Origin: Dimorphilus gyrociliatus
Lineage: Eukaryota; Animalia; Annelida
Direction of reading: 5' to 3'
Assembly: GCA_904063045.1 (NCBI GenBank)
Contig: CAJFCJ010000001.1
Span: forward strand, 992,001-1,056,000
DNA length: 64,000 nt
Shown one piece after another: positions 26,501 to 40,222 of this stretch. A program made the translations under genes and the position numbers. Below the pieces are notes generated by a model, which was given only the letters and a program-made list of their open reading frames with translations, was not told where the DNA came from and did no database searches. Position 1 is the stretch's first letter. Each line of letters starts with the position of its first letter.

Positions 26501-26640
26501 TACACACAATGTAAGCACTAGAAAAATCATCAACGTATAAAGCATAAAATTATTGACTATACCGGAGAGAGTTTCACAGAAGAAATGTTTCTCATACGAG
26601 AACAAGCTCGAAAAACCGGCAATTGCAATGAAGTAGCCAT
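23515..26640 (-). CDS. PCCA: Propionyl-CoA carboxylase alpha chain, mitochondrial
   Basis: Exon 1 encodes an Arg/Ser-rich presequence ([18 protein letters not shown]...). Other motifs are [52 protein letters not shown] and the biotinylation motif EAMKM. Confidence 0.97.
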
Positions 26641-27178
26641 TTGTCAATTCGTCTGACTGTCTTGATTTCGACTAGAGTCTCACTAATTTTGGGAGCGAAG
26701 AACTCTCAATATAATCGTTCATTTTTCCGCACAAACGACTGTCCTTTTTCTTCACGAACTGATTGAAGGCTCTAAGCTAAACTAATTGAAGATTTTTTGT
26801 TAATAAAATACCTTTGACAGTTGAGAGAAACATGGTTTTAACAAAATGTAGAAAAGTTTAAAGATGATAAAATTTCAAATAAAAAAATGGTGCGATTGAT
26901 ACAAGTTTGTAGAAAATATCTTACTATTATTCTTTTATTTTTATTGAAATAGTATCAATTTCTTTCACTTATATTACCTCCGACTGTCACCATAGTTTAC
27001 TAATACCAAAAACGAATTCAATTTCTTCTAATATAACACTTATATCACTCGTCTAAAACATTTTAATAACTCAGTTTTATATAGAAATTGAACTTTGAAT
27101 TTGTTGCTCACATGTATAATAAATCTAAAACAGACAAAAAATTTTGAAAGTTCAAAATTACTCCTTCTCTGAGCGATA

Positions 27179-27906
27179 ATGGCTGATTCTGGGGAATTTC
27201 CTTACGCTCCAGAATGGGCAAATGGACAGGACTACAAAAAATACTGGGATCATTGGAAATCTTTGCAAACATGGTATAATAAAAATTATGGGAATGAAAA
27301 CTATCAATCAAACTACTTAAATGCCTACGGACATCACTTATATTTATGGAATCACTACTTTCAGCATTTTATGCAACAGTATAAATTCTTCACATCTCAA
27401 ACTTTGTCCCAATATGCAGTAGAAAATAAACCTACTAATTTTAATCCTTATTACGAATCTGATGAAGTTGACGAAGCTGATTTAGAGTATAAAAATTTTT
27501 TAAGGGTTTCCATGGAGCATAAAAAAGAAAGAGGTATTATAAATTAGAGCATTTAGGCCATTTGTTTATTGAAATTCAATTGTAATCTTCAACAGATAAA
27601 ATGAAGAAATGCGTCAATGAAATGGTTTATGTTAATGTTTCTGATTGTAAGTTTTTTCTTGAAACGTACAAATATCAAAAGATTTATTGTTTGTTTTTAT
27701 TTATAGTACCAAAAAAATCAAGAATTTTAAGTCCAAACCAATCGGATTCGAGACGAGAAAAAATTTTAAAGCTATATGGTAATGATGGTGCTAAGATACA
27801 TGCTATGGAAACTGCATTACAATTGAATTTTGAACGAAAGCAAGATAAACTTCGACCACAAGTCTGGCCTCAATTGCCGCTACACATCAAATTTTCCGAT
27901 GAATAA
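27179..27906 (+). CDS. GEMIN8: Gem-associated protein 8 (SMN complex), 3 exons
   Basis: N-terminal YKKYWDHW..W motif; C-terminal KLYGNDGAKIHAMETALQLNFE...PQVWPQLPLHIKF matches the Gemin8 C-terminus. Confidence 0.88.
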
Positions 27907-28047
27907 TACTTTTAGTTTAATAAATTTAATCGTAAGTTTATTTTTATAACACAAAGTTGCTTGTAAAGTCTTTTATAAATTAATATATACAACCTAGATA
28001 CATCCAGGTTGAGGGATTATCTAAAAATGTGAAATGTTACTGGTAGG

Positions 28048-28872
28048 TTAAATCTCTTCAACTATCCCTCTTGCTATCAATGGTTCACATTCTGATCTTT
28101 CGAGAAAGTGATGAGTTCCTCTTGACAAATGTAATGTTCTACCTGAGGTCAGTTCAATGGATCCGTGTTCAGTGGTGCATCTCACCTCGATCAATAAAGA
28201 TTTCGGAGGTTTTAAATTGTGAGTTATATCAGCTCCCACGGCTCTCATGTAGGCAGTGAGGGATTTGTTATATTTTTGTAACCACGAGAGTTCGTGTTCT
28301 GCTAAGCGAGACCGAATATCAGGAGGAAGAACTGTGCCCATTTGCCAACGAAGTTCTGCTATTGAGGTCGCTCTTTCGTTGAGATAAGTTAATAAAATAC
28401 GTTTATTCCTTTCAAGTGCTGCATGACGAAGCTGAACCCCAGGAAAAAGACCTTGTTCTCCCTCTGAGGAAGCCGTGCTATTTTATTAAAGATTTATTAT
28501 TAGGACACTAATAGTAAAATAGACTCTTCATCTAATATCCTTTTCATGCATAGGATTGAGCGTTTGCAATTATATAGTTACTTTGATGTTAAGAGTATAT
28601 CATATAATTGATTACAATTTTACTTAGATCAATTAAACACCTGTAGAGCGAATACTTATGCATATACATATTAAACTTACACGTCTTTATGATTTTCTTC
28701 AAAGAGGCTTTTCATCTCTTCTAAGACTTGTCGCACAGTTTCCTCCTGTCGAGCGATAATAAATATGTTGTGGCTTAAATTCATAGACATAACTTACATT
28801 GAAAGAAGGTAATAATCCATCCCCACATCTTTTCAGTTCCTTAATTAACTCTAAGGCTTTCTCGCCAAACAT
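28048..28872 (-). CDS. GINS1: DNA replication complex GINS protein PSF1, 3 exons
   Basis: MFGEKALELIKEL...LPSFNEETVRQVLEEMK; LRHAALERNKRILLTYL; LRWQMGTVLP; NLKPPKSLLIEVRC. Confidence 0.96.
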
Positions 28873-28936
28873 ATTGATTGTCTTCTTAGATATTTAGGAA
28901 GCATCAAAGAAGATTACAGCTATAGAAAGGATATTA

Positions 28937-28957
28937 TTTGCCCGCTAAATTTTCAAA
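28937..28957. promoter_or_regulatory. E2F-like site TTTGCCCGC with a nearby TTCAAA (CHR/LIN54-like) upstream of GINS1
   Basis: The motifs lie 65-85 nt upstream of the GINS1 ATG; the spacing between them is non-canonical. Confidence 0.35.
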
Positions 28958-29617
28958 TTACTACATAGTTACTTTTCGATATGCTTCAGTTATCTATAAA
29001 ACGTTGAATCGATATCGAAAAATCAAATCGATTTAATAAACGATAATTGCTTCAACATGGATTTAGGTCTATATCTGATAAGGAACCTAATTGAAAAGAT
29101 ATTTGTAAAAATTTCCATAGTATTAATTTTAAATTTTATTTTACTCAAAATTAAGCTTAGTAACAGTTTCAATTAGACATTTTGCAAATCGAGTCAATTC
29201 ATCAGAATTAATCGAAGCCGTTGCCCTTTGTTATGCTCGCTACACATCTTACAGAATAACGTATGAATTTATACAATATATTATCAATTATGTAATTCAG
29301 TCGATTCCTTGTTATGGAAGAAAAAAAACAAACAGACTGGTGGACTGGTAGGAAAAAGAACCAGTCTATGCATTTCCCAGATATTTCACTGTTATAGAAC
29401 AGTGCAATTGAGGAAATTCGGAATCGACGCTATTAACGTGCCATGTTATATCACTCATGACACTTCGATATATTTAGAATTTCTGTTTCCTACAATTAAC
29501 TCTATTTGGAAAAAACGTAATATTTGGATAGATATAAGCTATCGTCAGGTCATTGGCTTTCAATGAAGCGTCACTAACGATGAGGAACTAAGCAGAAAAG
29601 ATGTTATAAAAAACGTT

Positions 29618-32600
29618 ATGGATAAAAAAACAATTTATTTGTTAGAGATTATATACATTCTTATTCATTTACAAGAAGTAGTAGCTGAGAAGTGCAAAGG
29701 AAGAAAGATCTTTCAAGAGAGAACAGGAGTAATTACTGACGGGCCAAAAGAATATGAATATAAAACACATTGCGAATTTCTTATAAATGGTTTGTACAAT
29801 ATTTGAAAACTGAATAAAATGTAGGGCTGAAAAATAGAGTACTATCAGACAGCGCTATCAAATACATCTTTCAAGCGTATGCTATGACTTTTTAACAATA
29901 TATTGGTATATCAGCTAAGATATACTATGTTATCTAAAAAATAAAGGAAATACTTAATAAATAAGATATCAGTTTATTATAAATAGATCAACAAATATAA
30001 GTGTATTATTAATAATTAGATTAGTGAGGTACTGGAATGTTATATAACATTTCCAGCTGTTAGGTTATGCCACTAATTATGATGTGCAATAAGCAGATTG
30101 TCAATCAAAATGTTTTTCCTTGATTTCTATGGCAGGATGAAAAGCTTTTCGCAGCCAAACTCTCCAAGGCTTTCTATATAATTGCATTATTTTAATCACA
30201 TGATACATGTAAAATTGGTGATTTATTCCCCCGTTTTTCTATATATATTTGAGGGATAAAGAGCCTAAGTTGGAAAATCTCAAAATTAGGCAAACTGATG
30301 GAAAGTTTACTATTTGCAAGCCTAAATTTACTAAAAAGGTCATAAAATATTACTTTATGCTGTTAACCTTATCAAATACAGGCGCCTGTCTAGCTTCTCA
30401 AGGCAGCTCATCCCTCGCTCATCAATCGTTTAACTCTTAAAGGATAAATCTCTCCTGTTGCAAAAAATAAATCGAATCTTTCTCTTTCATTTTCATTGTG
30501 ATATGAAAAATACTATCTCTATATTTATTGCTAAATAGAAAGAATAACAAATGACAGCAATTTATTAGTAGGAATAATTAATATAGTCAAAAATAGGTTC
30601 TTCGGTTGCCGTGCTACCGCTAAAGAATGCATAAATTATATATAAACCAAGTATTTTTAGTAGGTTTATGTATTTTAGACGAGATTTATTTTGCTTATAA
30701 TCTTCTTAAATTTCAAATGTTTTTTTCAGGAACTGAATATGGACCTTATATTACTGTAACATTCTCCGAATTTTCTACGGAATGTAGCTATGATATTTTA
30801 ACAATTTATGATGGCACATCATTTTATAGTCCTGAATTAGCTACACTCAGTGGTGAAACTATACCATCGGTTCCAATATTAGCTAAGTCCGCTTTTGTAA
30901 GTTATTTTCCTGATTTTACTAGGAGAAGACAGTATTTCCTTTGTAACAAAAGATGGCATAAATATCATTGTTCTCAGAAAATATCTATATTAAATTATTA
31001 AGTACCTTTTCTTAATTTTCTATGAAAAATGGGTAAATGATATCTTGTTTCTATCCCTTTAGAAATCTTCTGTAAAGTAAATAATTTATTTTAGCCGTCA
31101 GTAATCCATTTTGGACCTGTTATAAACGTTTTCGAATTCCTCAGGAATAGTTGTGTTGCAGAAATAGCTTAGATATTTTCTCTACGTTTTACGGTTGATG
31201 GATTACTTGTTATTATAAGCTGATCATTGAAAAATATTTTCTGGTAATCTCCTATTGTTCGACCATGTTTCTTCTGTGCATTTTGTTGCGAAATTAGGAA
31301 AGATTTTCCGTATAAAACATTATTTTTTATATTCGTCTCTATTTTTTTTAATTTGGACACTTGAACTTTATTTATTCCTCTCCCTTGCCTCTTCATTCCT
31401 GAAAAGTAGCGTGCACTGCAAAAGTGCAAATAGGCTTTTATCTAGATAAGCTTCCATAGAAAACTAAAACCATTAGGTATCGTTTCGCTATTCTTTTTTT
31501 TATGTAAACTGATACGGTTTGTCATTTTGAAATATAAAAGTTTATTATTACAAAGTAAGGAAATAGACAGATTTTTTTTCAGTGTTGTTACGATCACAAC
31601 CAAACTGATCCCTTTAAAGTATTTATAAGTATTATATGACTTATGTACACTAGACTTTCTAATTTTTAAATAAATTTATGTTTCTACATAATTGTTTTTC
31701 GTTCATTTTTTCAGATGCTATTGCATTTTTGGTCAGATAGAAATTATAGTTTAGACGGATTCAAGGCCGTATATATCATATCAAAATGTCCTTATAACTG
31801 TTATTATCCTGATTGGGGTGTTTGTGACGAGAATGGAATTTGTCGATGTAAAAAATGCAGGAAAGGTAAAGCCTGTGAGAAGAATAGTTGTAGCTGTTCG
31901 GATAAAGGTACATGGAACAGTGTAAAAGAAATATGCACTTGTGAAGCAGGGTATCAAGGAGAAACATGTAGTCTACCGCCAATTCCGCTCTCTGAGCAAT
32001 TTGGAAAAGCGTTTCGAATCACAACTCAATTCTCTAGTCTACCTCCTCTATCTGGATCAGCTGGAGGATTTATTGAGTCCACAAATTCTTTCATAATTTT
32101 TGGTGGTAGGTCACTGAACGGCGTGTCCGATACAGTTTATACTTACTCTCAGCAGAATGATCAATCATATGGTTGGTTGGATGAAAAAATTATTGGTTAT
32201 CAGCCAGAAGGTCGTTATCAGGCTGCCTATACCGTAAGCAATAATGGGTTGTACATCCATGGTGGTATTTTAGAAAGTGGTCGCTTTTCAAATGAATTGT
32301 GGTATTATAATAGTATTTCTAAGTTATGGACTCACTTAGCAAACTCCACTTTCCGATTAACTATGCATAGTCTAACTTTGGTAAAAATTAACAGTACTGA
32401 ATATTTGTATGTTGTTGGAGGACTAAATGAAAATGATCAAATCAGCGAGAGTATTTATCGAATTAATTTGATCTCAAATGTTTGGAGTAGGGTCCCATCT
32501 TATGGTAAATATTGGTTAGGTAGATTACAAGGACATACTGCTGTTTTTGATGAAAAGTTGAACTCTATTCTAGTCTATGGAGGATTTCAAGTTAATTCTA

Positions 32601-35600
32601 ATCAGGGATTGAATCGTACATCCCAAATATCCGTATTCGATATAAACATGATGGCTTGGTTCGCTCTGTCATCTGACCTAGCAAAAAACGTTCCTACAGG
32701 ACGAGTGTACCATAATATGCATCTCATTAATGACTATCTCTTAATATTTGGAGGAAATGTTCATTTACATAATTATTTAGAGAAATGCTATTCCTCAGAA
32801 ATGCTAATTTTTGACCTTAAAATAAAAAAATGGCTAGATATTACAAAACTGATGCCAGAAGGACAAAATATCCGTAGCATTCCTCCCAGGCAATTTGCTG
32901 TTAGCGGTATAACTAAAGAGGGAATTCTGTACGTTGCTAATGGCTTTAATGGGATTGCTCTCAGCGATTTTTGGGCCTTTGTTTTACCCCAATCTATTCT
33001 TGGAAATCAAGTTTGTTTATTTTTATTCTTATTTTTTAATTTCCGTCTCCTCTTGAAAGTCAAGTGTCTAGCACTTAGTGCCGACGGCTAGGTGATAGAA
33101 ACTATATTTCTCTCGATACCTGATGATGAAAATATCATTTGATGCAATGGAAGAGAAAATATTATATTTTAATGTTAAATAAATGTCTTTAATCTAAAAC
33201 TTAATGGCCTTGTTTTTAAATCAACAGATTGAAGGATCTCATTGTAGGCAATGGAAAACTACTTCCCAATGCCTCTATGATTCTAGGTGTAGTTGGTGCA
33301 AAACCAACTCTAAGTGCTTCAACTCTTCTACAGTTTCAATTGTTTGTTTAGTTTATTTTCTTATCAAAAACTATCTACATATAATTGGTATTTGTTGAAC
33401 AGAATTGTACAACTCCAGCATTTAATATTTCACCGAGCACTCTTCTTGAGAGTTGCTCTATTTTAACTAACTGCATTTCGTGCTTGGCTCACTCGTCGTT
33501 CCAATGTGTGTGGTGTGAGAAAACTGCCAAATGCATTCCCGATAAACTAGGTATAGCCAAAATAGAATTTTGCGTTTCTTTACCAATTAACACTTATTTC
33601 CGCTTTACAGAATGTCCAAAGGCAGCAATAACCTCTTGGTGGACAAAGGATAAAAAAATAAAGCAAATTGCTAATTGTCTAGTCTCAAAACGATCTGGGG
33701 TAATCTGTTTATCTTCATATACCCCAACGGCAGATAGAGTCTGGCCAGATGAAGTAAGTTGAGGGATCAGAATGAATAAATATTTATAAATAATACTTTT
33801 AATGAATTCTTGCCATTAAAATGTTATAATATACATTTATTATTCAAATATTGCAGGGGTACTATTCTTCCAGTTTAAAAATTTCACACTTGAATTATTC
33901 GGAATTTTGTCGGGGATATATTCATTCCCCTCATCAATTTACCGATGTAGAAGTTTCAAAAAATGCATATGATCATGTCCTACTGCAGATCAGTACAAAT
34001 TCCAGCGAGCAGCATTTGGTAATTATAAATATATTCGAACAAATATTTAATAATATTATTTTACATTTAATATATGCAGAGAAATATTAGTAATGTAAAT
34101 AAAGGAACTACAACGGCCAAGGATGGGTCAGTTATTTTTAAGAGCAAAAATAGATATTATTTTGAGTTAACAGTGGAGCCAAGAAAAAATAATGCAATTA
34201 ATATGGCAATTCTCTGGAATGTTACAGGAGGAATAAAGAGAGTTGTTAGTATTTTATTCGATTAATAAATGTAAAATTCTAATTTATCAATCAACTAATA
34301 GGTGATAAATAATTCATATCTTGAACCCTACGGGAATTCGCTAACCTGTTCAAATGGTATGAACTGTCTGACGTGCTTGTCTAATTCTGAATGTTTATGG
34401 TGCAGTAATTCAAAAAGATGCCTTGATAGAAATTCCGGAAAATGTGAAAATGAATCTACTATTAGCGAGTTGTCTTGGTGTCCTTCTTGTCGAAAGTCGG
34501 TTCAATGTTCTTCCTGCACTCAGGTAAAATTTAAAAAAAACATTTATTGTTTTTTCTTTACTTTAGATTAATTGCAGATTGACCACTGTGTCTGGAATAT
34601 AGCAAAATCAGAATGTTTTACTTATAAGGCTGGAATGGAGGGAGCAAATTGGGTTAGAAATTTTTCGAATTGTGTGGACTGTCATAATAAAACCGACTGT
34701 TCATCATGCATCCTACAAGATTCGTGTGCATGGTGCGAAATAACAGAATCTTGTTTTTTCTTTCCTCTCTACTTATCAAAATATAATCAAGGTGGCTGTG
34801 AATCTTGGCTATCTAAGGAAGAGGAGGGTTTAAAGTGTCAGTCTTGTTCTTCCAAAAAGAAATGTAAATCTTGCCTAAAAGATTTTGGCTGTGGCTGGTG
34901 TTATGACGTTGAAAATCCCTCTATAGGAGTTTGTGCAAAGGGTGACTTTAAACAATCGTCAAAAGCTACTTGTACACAATTTCTTAACTCGACTCATTCA
35001 ACGATCTTTTCACAAACATCTGAATGGGCTTATGATGAATGTCCAGAAATGGATGAGTGTTCCCTATCTCTTCACGATTGCCAGGAAAATGCAACCTGCT
35101 TTAACACATTGGGATCTTATGAATGTAAATGTAATAGAGGATTCATTGGGGATGGTAGAGTCTGTAAGAGAACGTAAGAGGCTTTACTCTTTGATATTTC
35201 ATTTCGTATTTCTCAGTTGTTGTAATTCTTTATATGTAACTATTCAGTAAAAATTTGGAACACTACTCCTGAATAATAATTAACAATTCGAGTATTCTTT
35301 GATTCACCTTTTGTCATCACAGAACGAGATTGTTAAAAAACCATTTGTTAATGGCTATATTGCCCTTAAGCACAAAAGTAACCTATGTTATCTTTAAGAT
35401 AAGACTTTAGACAGTTGCTACTAGAATTTCTTTGCCTAGAATAAATTTTCCAGAGAGATAAATTTTCACAGAGTTGCCTGCTGTTCTCGTACTATTCTGA
35501 AATTCATTTAAACAGTTCATTTTTTTCCAGATGCTATGAGGATTGCAAGCAGGGTTATTGCAGCGGACCTCCAGATTACGAATGCATATGCTCGTTAGGA

Positions 35601-38600
35601 TGGAATGGAACCGATTGCAGCATGGATTGTGGATGTAATAATCACAGCACATGTGTAAATGGCATTGGACAGTGTGATAAATGCTATAATTTGACAGTTG
35701 GCCTGCACTGCGAACATTGTGCGAAAGGAGCATATGGTTCAGCTATTGACCAATCCGGCTGCAAGGAATGCCAATGTAACGGACACGGCTCTATACACAA
35801 AGGATTATGCAATAACAAAAATGGGTCTTGTTTTTGCGGGGATAACACTATGGGCGATCATTGTGAATTTTGCAAATCGGGTTATTATGGTGATCCCAGG
35901 TAAATAATTCGTAATGCAATCTTTAAGTAAATTATTAAGCACTATTTGCTTCAGGAACGGAGAGCAATGCTATATGTCATGCAGTAGAGATACAAAACTT
36001 ATAGAAAGAAAAGGCTATTTTGGTTCTAAAATGGGGCCTGCAGTATCCTTAACATCAAAAACTTGTCAATGGACTATTCCAGCTACAATTAATGAAAAAG
36101 TTTTCTTATCAATCGAGTCTGGTTCAACTGTTAACTGCCAAGAAGAGTTCGTTTTTGTTTACGAGAATACTTCGCCTAATGATGAAAAATTATTATTAAC
36201 CTTTTGTGGCAAAAATCCAGCCAAAATTATCTCAGAAAAGAATGGGATGGTCGTTAAATTCATAACTCGTGAGTATATTATTTTATATACAAATAATAAC
36301 CGTATTTCATAATAAACTGTATATTTAACAGAAAGAGTAGAGTCGTATTTCAATGCTAGCTATGAGATACTTGCCTGTCCTAACAATTGTGGTCAGAATA
36401 GAAATTGTGAAAACAATCAGTGCGTATGTAAAGAAGGTTATTTGGAACCATATTGTGACCAACTCGTTTGCCCTAGTAATTGTAGTTTACATGGTATTTG
36501 TAATAAGGTATATACCTTAACTTGTATTACCAACTTTATCTGCTATTAAAACGAAATTTGTTCTCCAGATATCCAGACTTTGCGATTGTGAGGAGGGTTT
36601 TTATGGCCCCATGTGTGAGAATACTAAACCCAACTCTTTCTCAGATAGAATATTTGTAAAGCTTGTAGATAACAACCTAAATTGGAATAGATATGGGCTT
36701 GCTTCAGGCGTTTGTGACAGTAATGTTACAATTTCATTTGGTGGTTATAATGCTAATGACGGAGCAAAAGACGATCTTACAATTTATTACCCTAAAAACA
36801 ACTCCAAGTTAGAAATTGCGAGAAACGAATCAAAATATTGGCCTGAAGCTAGATATATGCATGCTGCCGATTGTCTTCTTGGAAAATTATACATTTACGG
36901 AGGTTTCAATAGCAAGAAGATAAAAACGTTTGACGATTTTTGGCGATTTAGCTTAGCTACAGGATGGGAAAAGCTAAAATCTCCGCACCTACCTGTTGTA
37001 GGACATACTTTGACAAAAATTAACGATACTCATTTGTTAATACTGGGAGGTTTTACCCTTACTTCTTCGTTTAACGGAGAAGCGTTACTGTACAATGTTC
37101 CAAAAGGAACATGGACAAAAGTACCTGTAACAGGAGTAGAACTACCGGTGTCTATAGGACACTCATCAATTCTTCACAAGAAAACAATTTACACCTTTGG
37201 CGGTCTTCAATTAAATCTGGGAAAGTTTACATCCTCAAATAATCTATACGCTTTAGATACAACCTATTTTCACCGAATTCTGATTCCTTCCAAAAATGGT
37301 CCAGCAGCAACTTTTTTGCATGCATCTATGATTCTAAGAGATTTTATGTTAGTGGGAGGCGGTTATACAAAGGAAGAGAAAGAATATTTGGAGCTATGGG
37401 CTTATCAATTTGATTGTGGTACATGGCTTCAGATAAATAATTTCAATTGGCGTCCATCAAATTTAGTTTCTATGAACTTTATTGAAAAAGGAAGTAATAG
37501 TTTTGTAATACTCGGCGGTTTGAGAAGCTACGGAAAAATAGAAGAAAATACCTATGAAGTTCATATTTCTGACATATGTAATCAACTGAGTGAAAAGGAA
37601 TGTACGAAAACTGACGGTTGTGGTTTTTGTAACGGAACTTGCATGGAATACGATAAATCCGTTGCAATAAGTAACTGTTCAGCAGAATTTATTGGTAATA
37701 AGTGCACGAATAAAATTCCAGATGGTAACTGTGAGCTATTTAAGTCCTGTTTATCCTGTTTATCGTCATCCACCGAGAAATCAAATAATAAAGCTTGTAG
37801 TTGGTGTACAAAATGTCAGAAATGTGTTAAAGACATTTGGAGATGTGATCAGGGTCATGAATGTAATATTCAGGAATCACCTCTCATGCACCCAAATAGC
37901 TGCCCTAAAACATGTTTAGCTTCAGGTTGTAAGACGTGTGGTAACGACTGTGAATATACTAATAGTCGACAGAGAGTGTCAGATACTCAAGTGATCAAAG
38001 TTCGAGACGGGAGAATTCAATGGGACTGTACACCCACTGAACGTCAAAAAACTTCCATAGGATTATCTTGCCCAACTCCTTGTTCCGAGCTTCGAAGCTG
38101 TCAAACTTGTATGAACAGCACGGGTGAACAGCCTGGTGCTACAAAGTGTTTTTGGAGTGCATCAACCAATTCGTGTGTACCAAAATCTGTAATTATGCTA
38201 ACTTGTTCAGCGGGACAATGTTCCCCATTTTTTACTCATTCCGGATTAACTCAAGGGAAAGCTTGCAACACTCCGAAATGTGATAATGAAATCGGTTCCC
38301 TTCAATCTCTGCATTGTCCTGAATCTTGTGCCAATTTTGATAGATGCTCTACCTGTTTAACATCTCCTCTATGCAATTGGTGCAGCGAACAAGGGGGAAA
38401 CGGAAAAGGCTCTTGTATTTCGGGTAAAAGTTGTCTTCATTTAGGCTTTATAAAAACGTATACTTGGAATTATGGTAAATGTCCGGAAGAAAATGAGTGT
38501 ATAAATGGACATCATGATTGCACTGAATACGAAACTTGTAAGGATCTGCCGATAGGTTATAGTTGTGAGTGTTCTGAAGGATATGAAAGAAAGTCTTCAG

Positions 38601-40222
38601 GTGTTTGCGAACCTGTATGTCCTGGTTGTCTCCACGGTAGTTGCACAGCACCTAACAAATGCTCTTGCAATTTTGGTTACGTTGGCACCAATTGTACGAT
38701 TGAGTGTCAATGCAATGGACATAGTGATTGTGAGAGTGCCAAAAATCCTCATATTTGCCTTAAATGCGAGCACGGTACGACAGGTAAAAATTGTGAAAAA
38801 TGTGCTCCTTTACATGTTGGCAACGCGATAAATAAGGGTGAACGTTGTTTGAGCTGCTCAGACTATTGTTTTAAACATACGAACTTTTGTCTTTCGAAAG
38901 AAGACGCTGACACATTCTACAATCAATCAAAATCAACGAAAGTATCTATAGAAGACTGGGTTGCTAACATCACCTCAGGACCAGAGAAAGATGCTGTTTG
39001 TATGTTTTGCGGTGATAATACGAAGGGAATGAGGTGCGAATCATGTCAGTCAAATTTCTTTAGAATTTCTGACTCATTGGAGACTGAGGCTTGTCAACCT
39101 TGTCAGTGCAGAGGCCATGCGAAATACTGTGATCAAAAATCCGGATTACATTGTAATTGCCATAATAAAACTAAATCAGCATGCTCTTCCTCTAATCCGG
39201 AAGAAAAGTGTTGGATGAAACAGTGCTCCGAATGTTTAGAGGATTTTTATGGTGATCCGAGCCTTGAGGGGGCTCAATGTTACCGACATATAAAAACAGA
39301 TCAATCCTACTGTCTGGACCCTACTCTTCCTGTCAACTGTCCTAATCCTCCGGAACCCCTTGCACCATTACAATTTGCTTATTTTGGTGTCACACCTCAA
39401 TATGTCAATGTTGATATAAGAATATTTTTGGATATATATATTGGTAAAGTAAATATGTTTATAGCTCATGATTCCAAAGTATTACTGATCAAATGGGATG
39501 GCTCCTATCATCGGATAATTTTAAATGATGAGTATTTAATGGATGATTCAAGTCAGAATTCAGCGAGGGAAGTTTTGAGTATAAGCAATAGCAAAGGGCG
39601 AAGAAAGCGCAGTTTGGATAATTCAACTAAAATTAAATTTCATAATTATGCCTGCAGAAGTCCCTGGTGCCATGTTGAATTTAAAACGAACACCCTATTA
39701 TTAGTTAGTAATATCAGCCATAAAGCTATCGTTCGTATACCTTTCGAACCCTTTAATCTGAAACATGCGAAATTTTACGTTCTCATTTATGCAACTGCCG
39801 ATTCAGCAAAGGGCGTTCTTGGGCACATCTCATCTCGTCAGGACCATCCACATATTGATTTATTCGTTTTCTTCTCTGTTTTCTTTTCATGCTTCTTTCT
39901 ATTACTTGCTAATTGCATAATTGTTTGGAAAATGAAATCCATATATGTTGCCAGAAGACAACGACAGAGACGTCACATGGAAATGGAACAAATGAGATCT
40001 AGACCATTTGCGCTTATTACTATAGATATTAATGAAAGCGAAGAAACTGATAAAAGATATTTTCTACCAACTCCAATTTCTCTGGAACAAACTGATGACG
40101 GTGTGGCCGATGTAGCCACATTTTTCGTCTTTCTACCAGATAATAGAGTATGTTTAGCTTCAGCTCTAGTACAAAGGCGACATGCTTTCAGGGCAAGGAG
40201 ACCATCAAGCAGTCATGCTTAA
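29618..40222 (+). CDS. MEGF8: Multiple EGF-like domains protein 8 (attractin family; CUB, EGF, kelch, PSI, laminin-EGF, TM)
   Basis: Signal peptide followed by CKGRKIFQERTGVITDG, CUB motifs TECSYD and MLLHFWSDRNY, two kelch blocks, PSI and laminin-EGF repeats, TM HIDLFVFFSVFFSCFFL, and the cytoplasmic MRSRPF motif (39992-40009; MASRPF-type MGRN1-binding motif). Confidence 0.95.

Noticed and set aside
30136-30168. Possible 33-nt poison exon in MEGF8 intron 1
   Set aside because: It needs a weak GC donor, and the evidence is insufficient.
31095-31100. Possible 6-nt microexon (PS) in MEGF8 intron 2
   Set aside because: It is too short to distinguish from chance AG-N6-GT, and the donor GTAATC is weak.
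33092-33129. Box C (ATGATGA) and CTGA motifs in a MEGF8 intron, as a possible C/D snoRNA
   Set aside because: The boxes are in the wrong order or too close together, with no terminal stem.
35323-35377. AG..GT-bounded 55-nt segment in a MEGF8 intron
   Set aside because: It is not frame-preserving with the flanking phase-2 junctions.
36043-36050. GTATCCTT, resembling a U12-type 5' splice site
   Set aside because: It lies within continuous CUB2 coding sequence (GPAVSLTSKTCQW), with no U12 branch point downstream.
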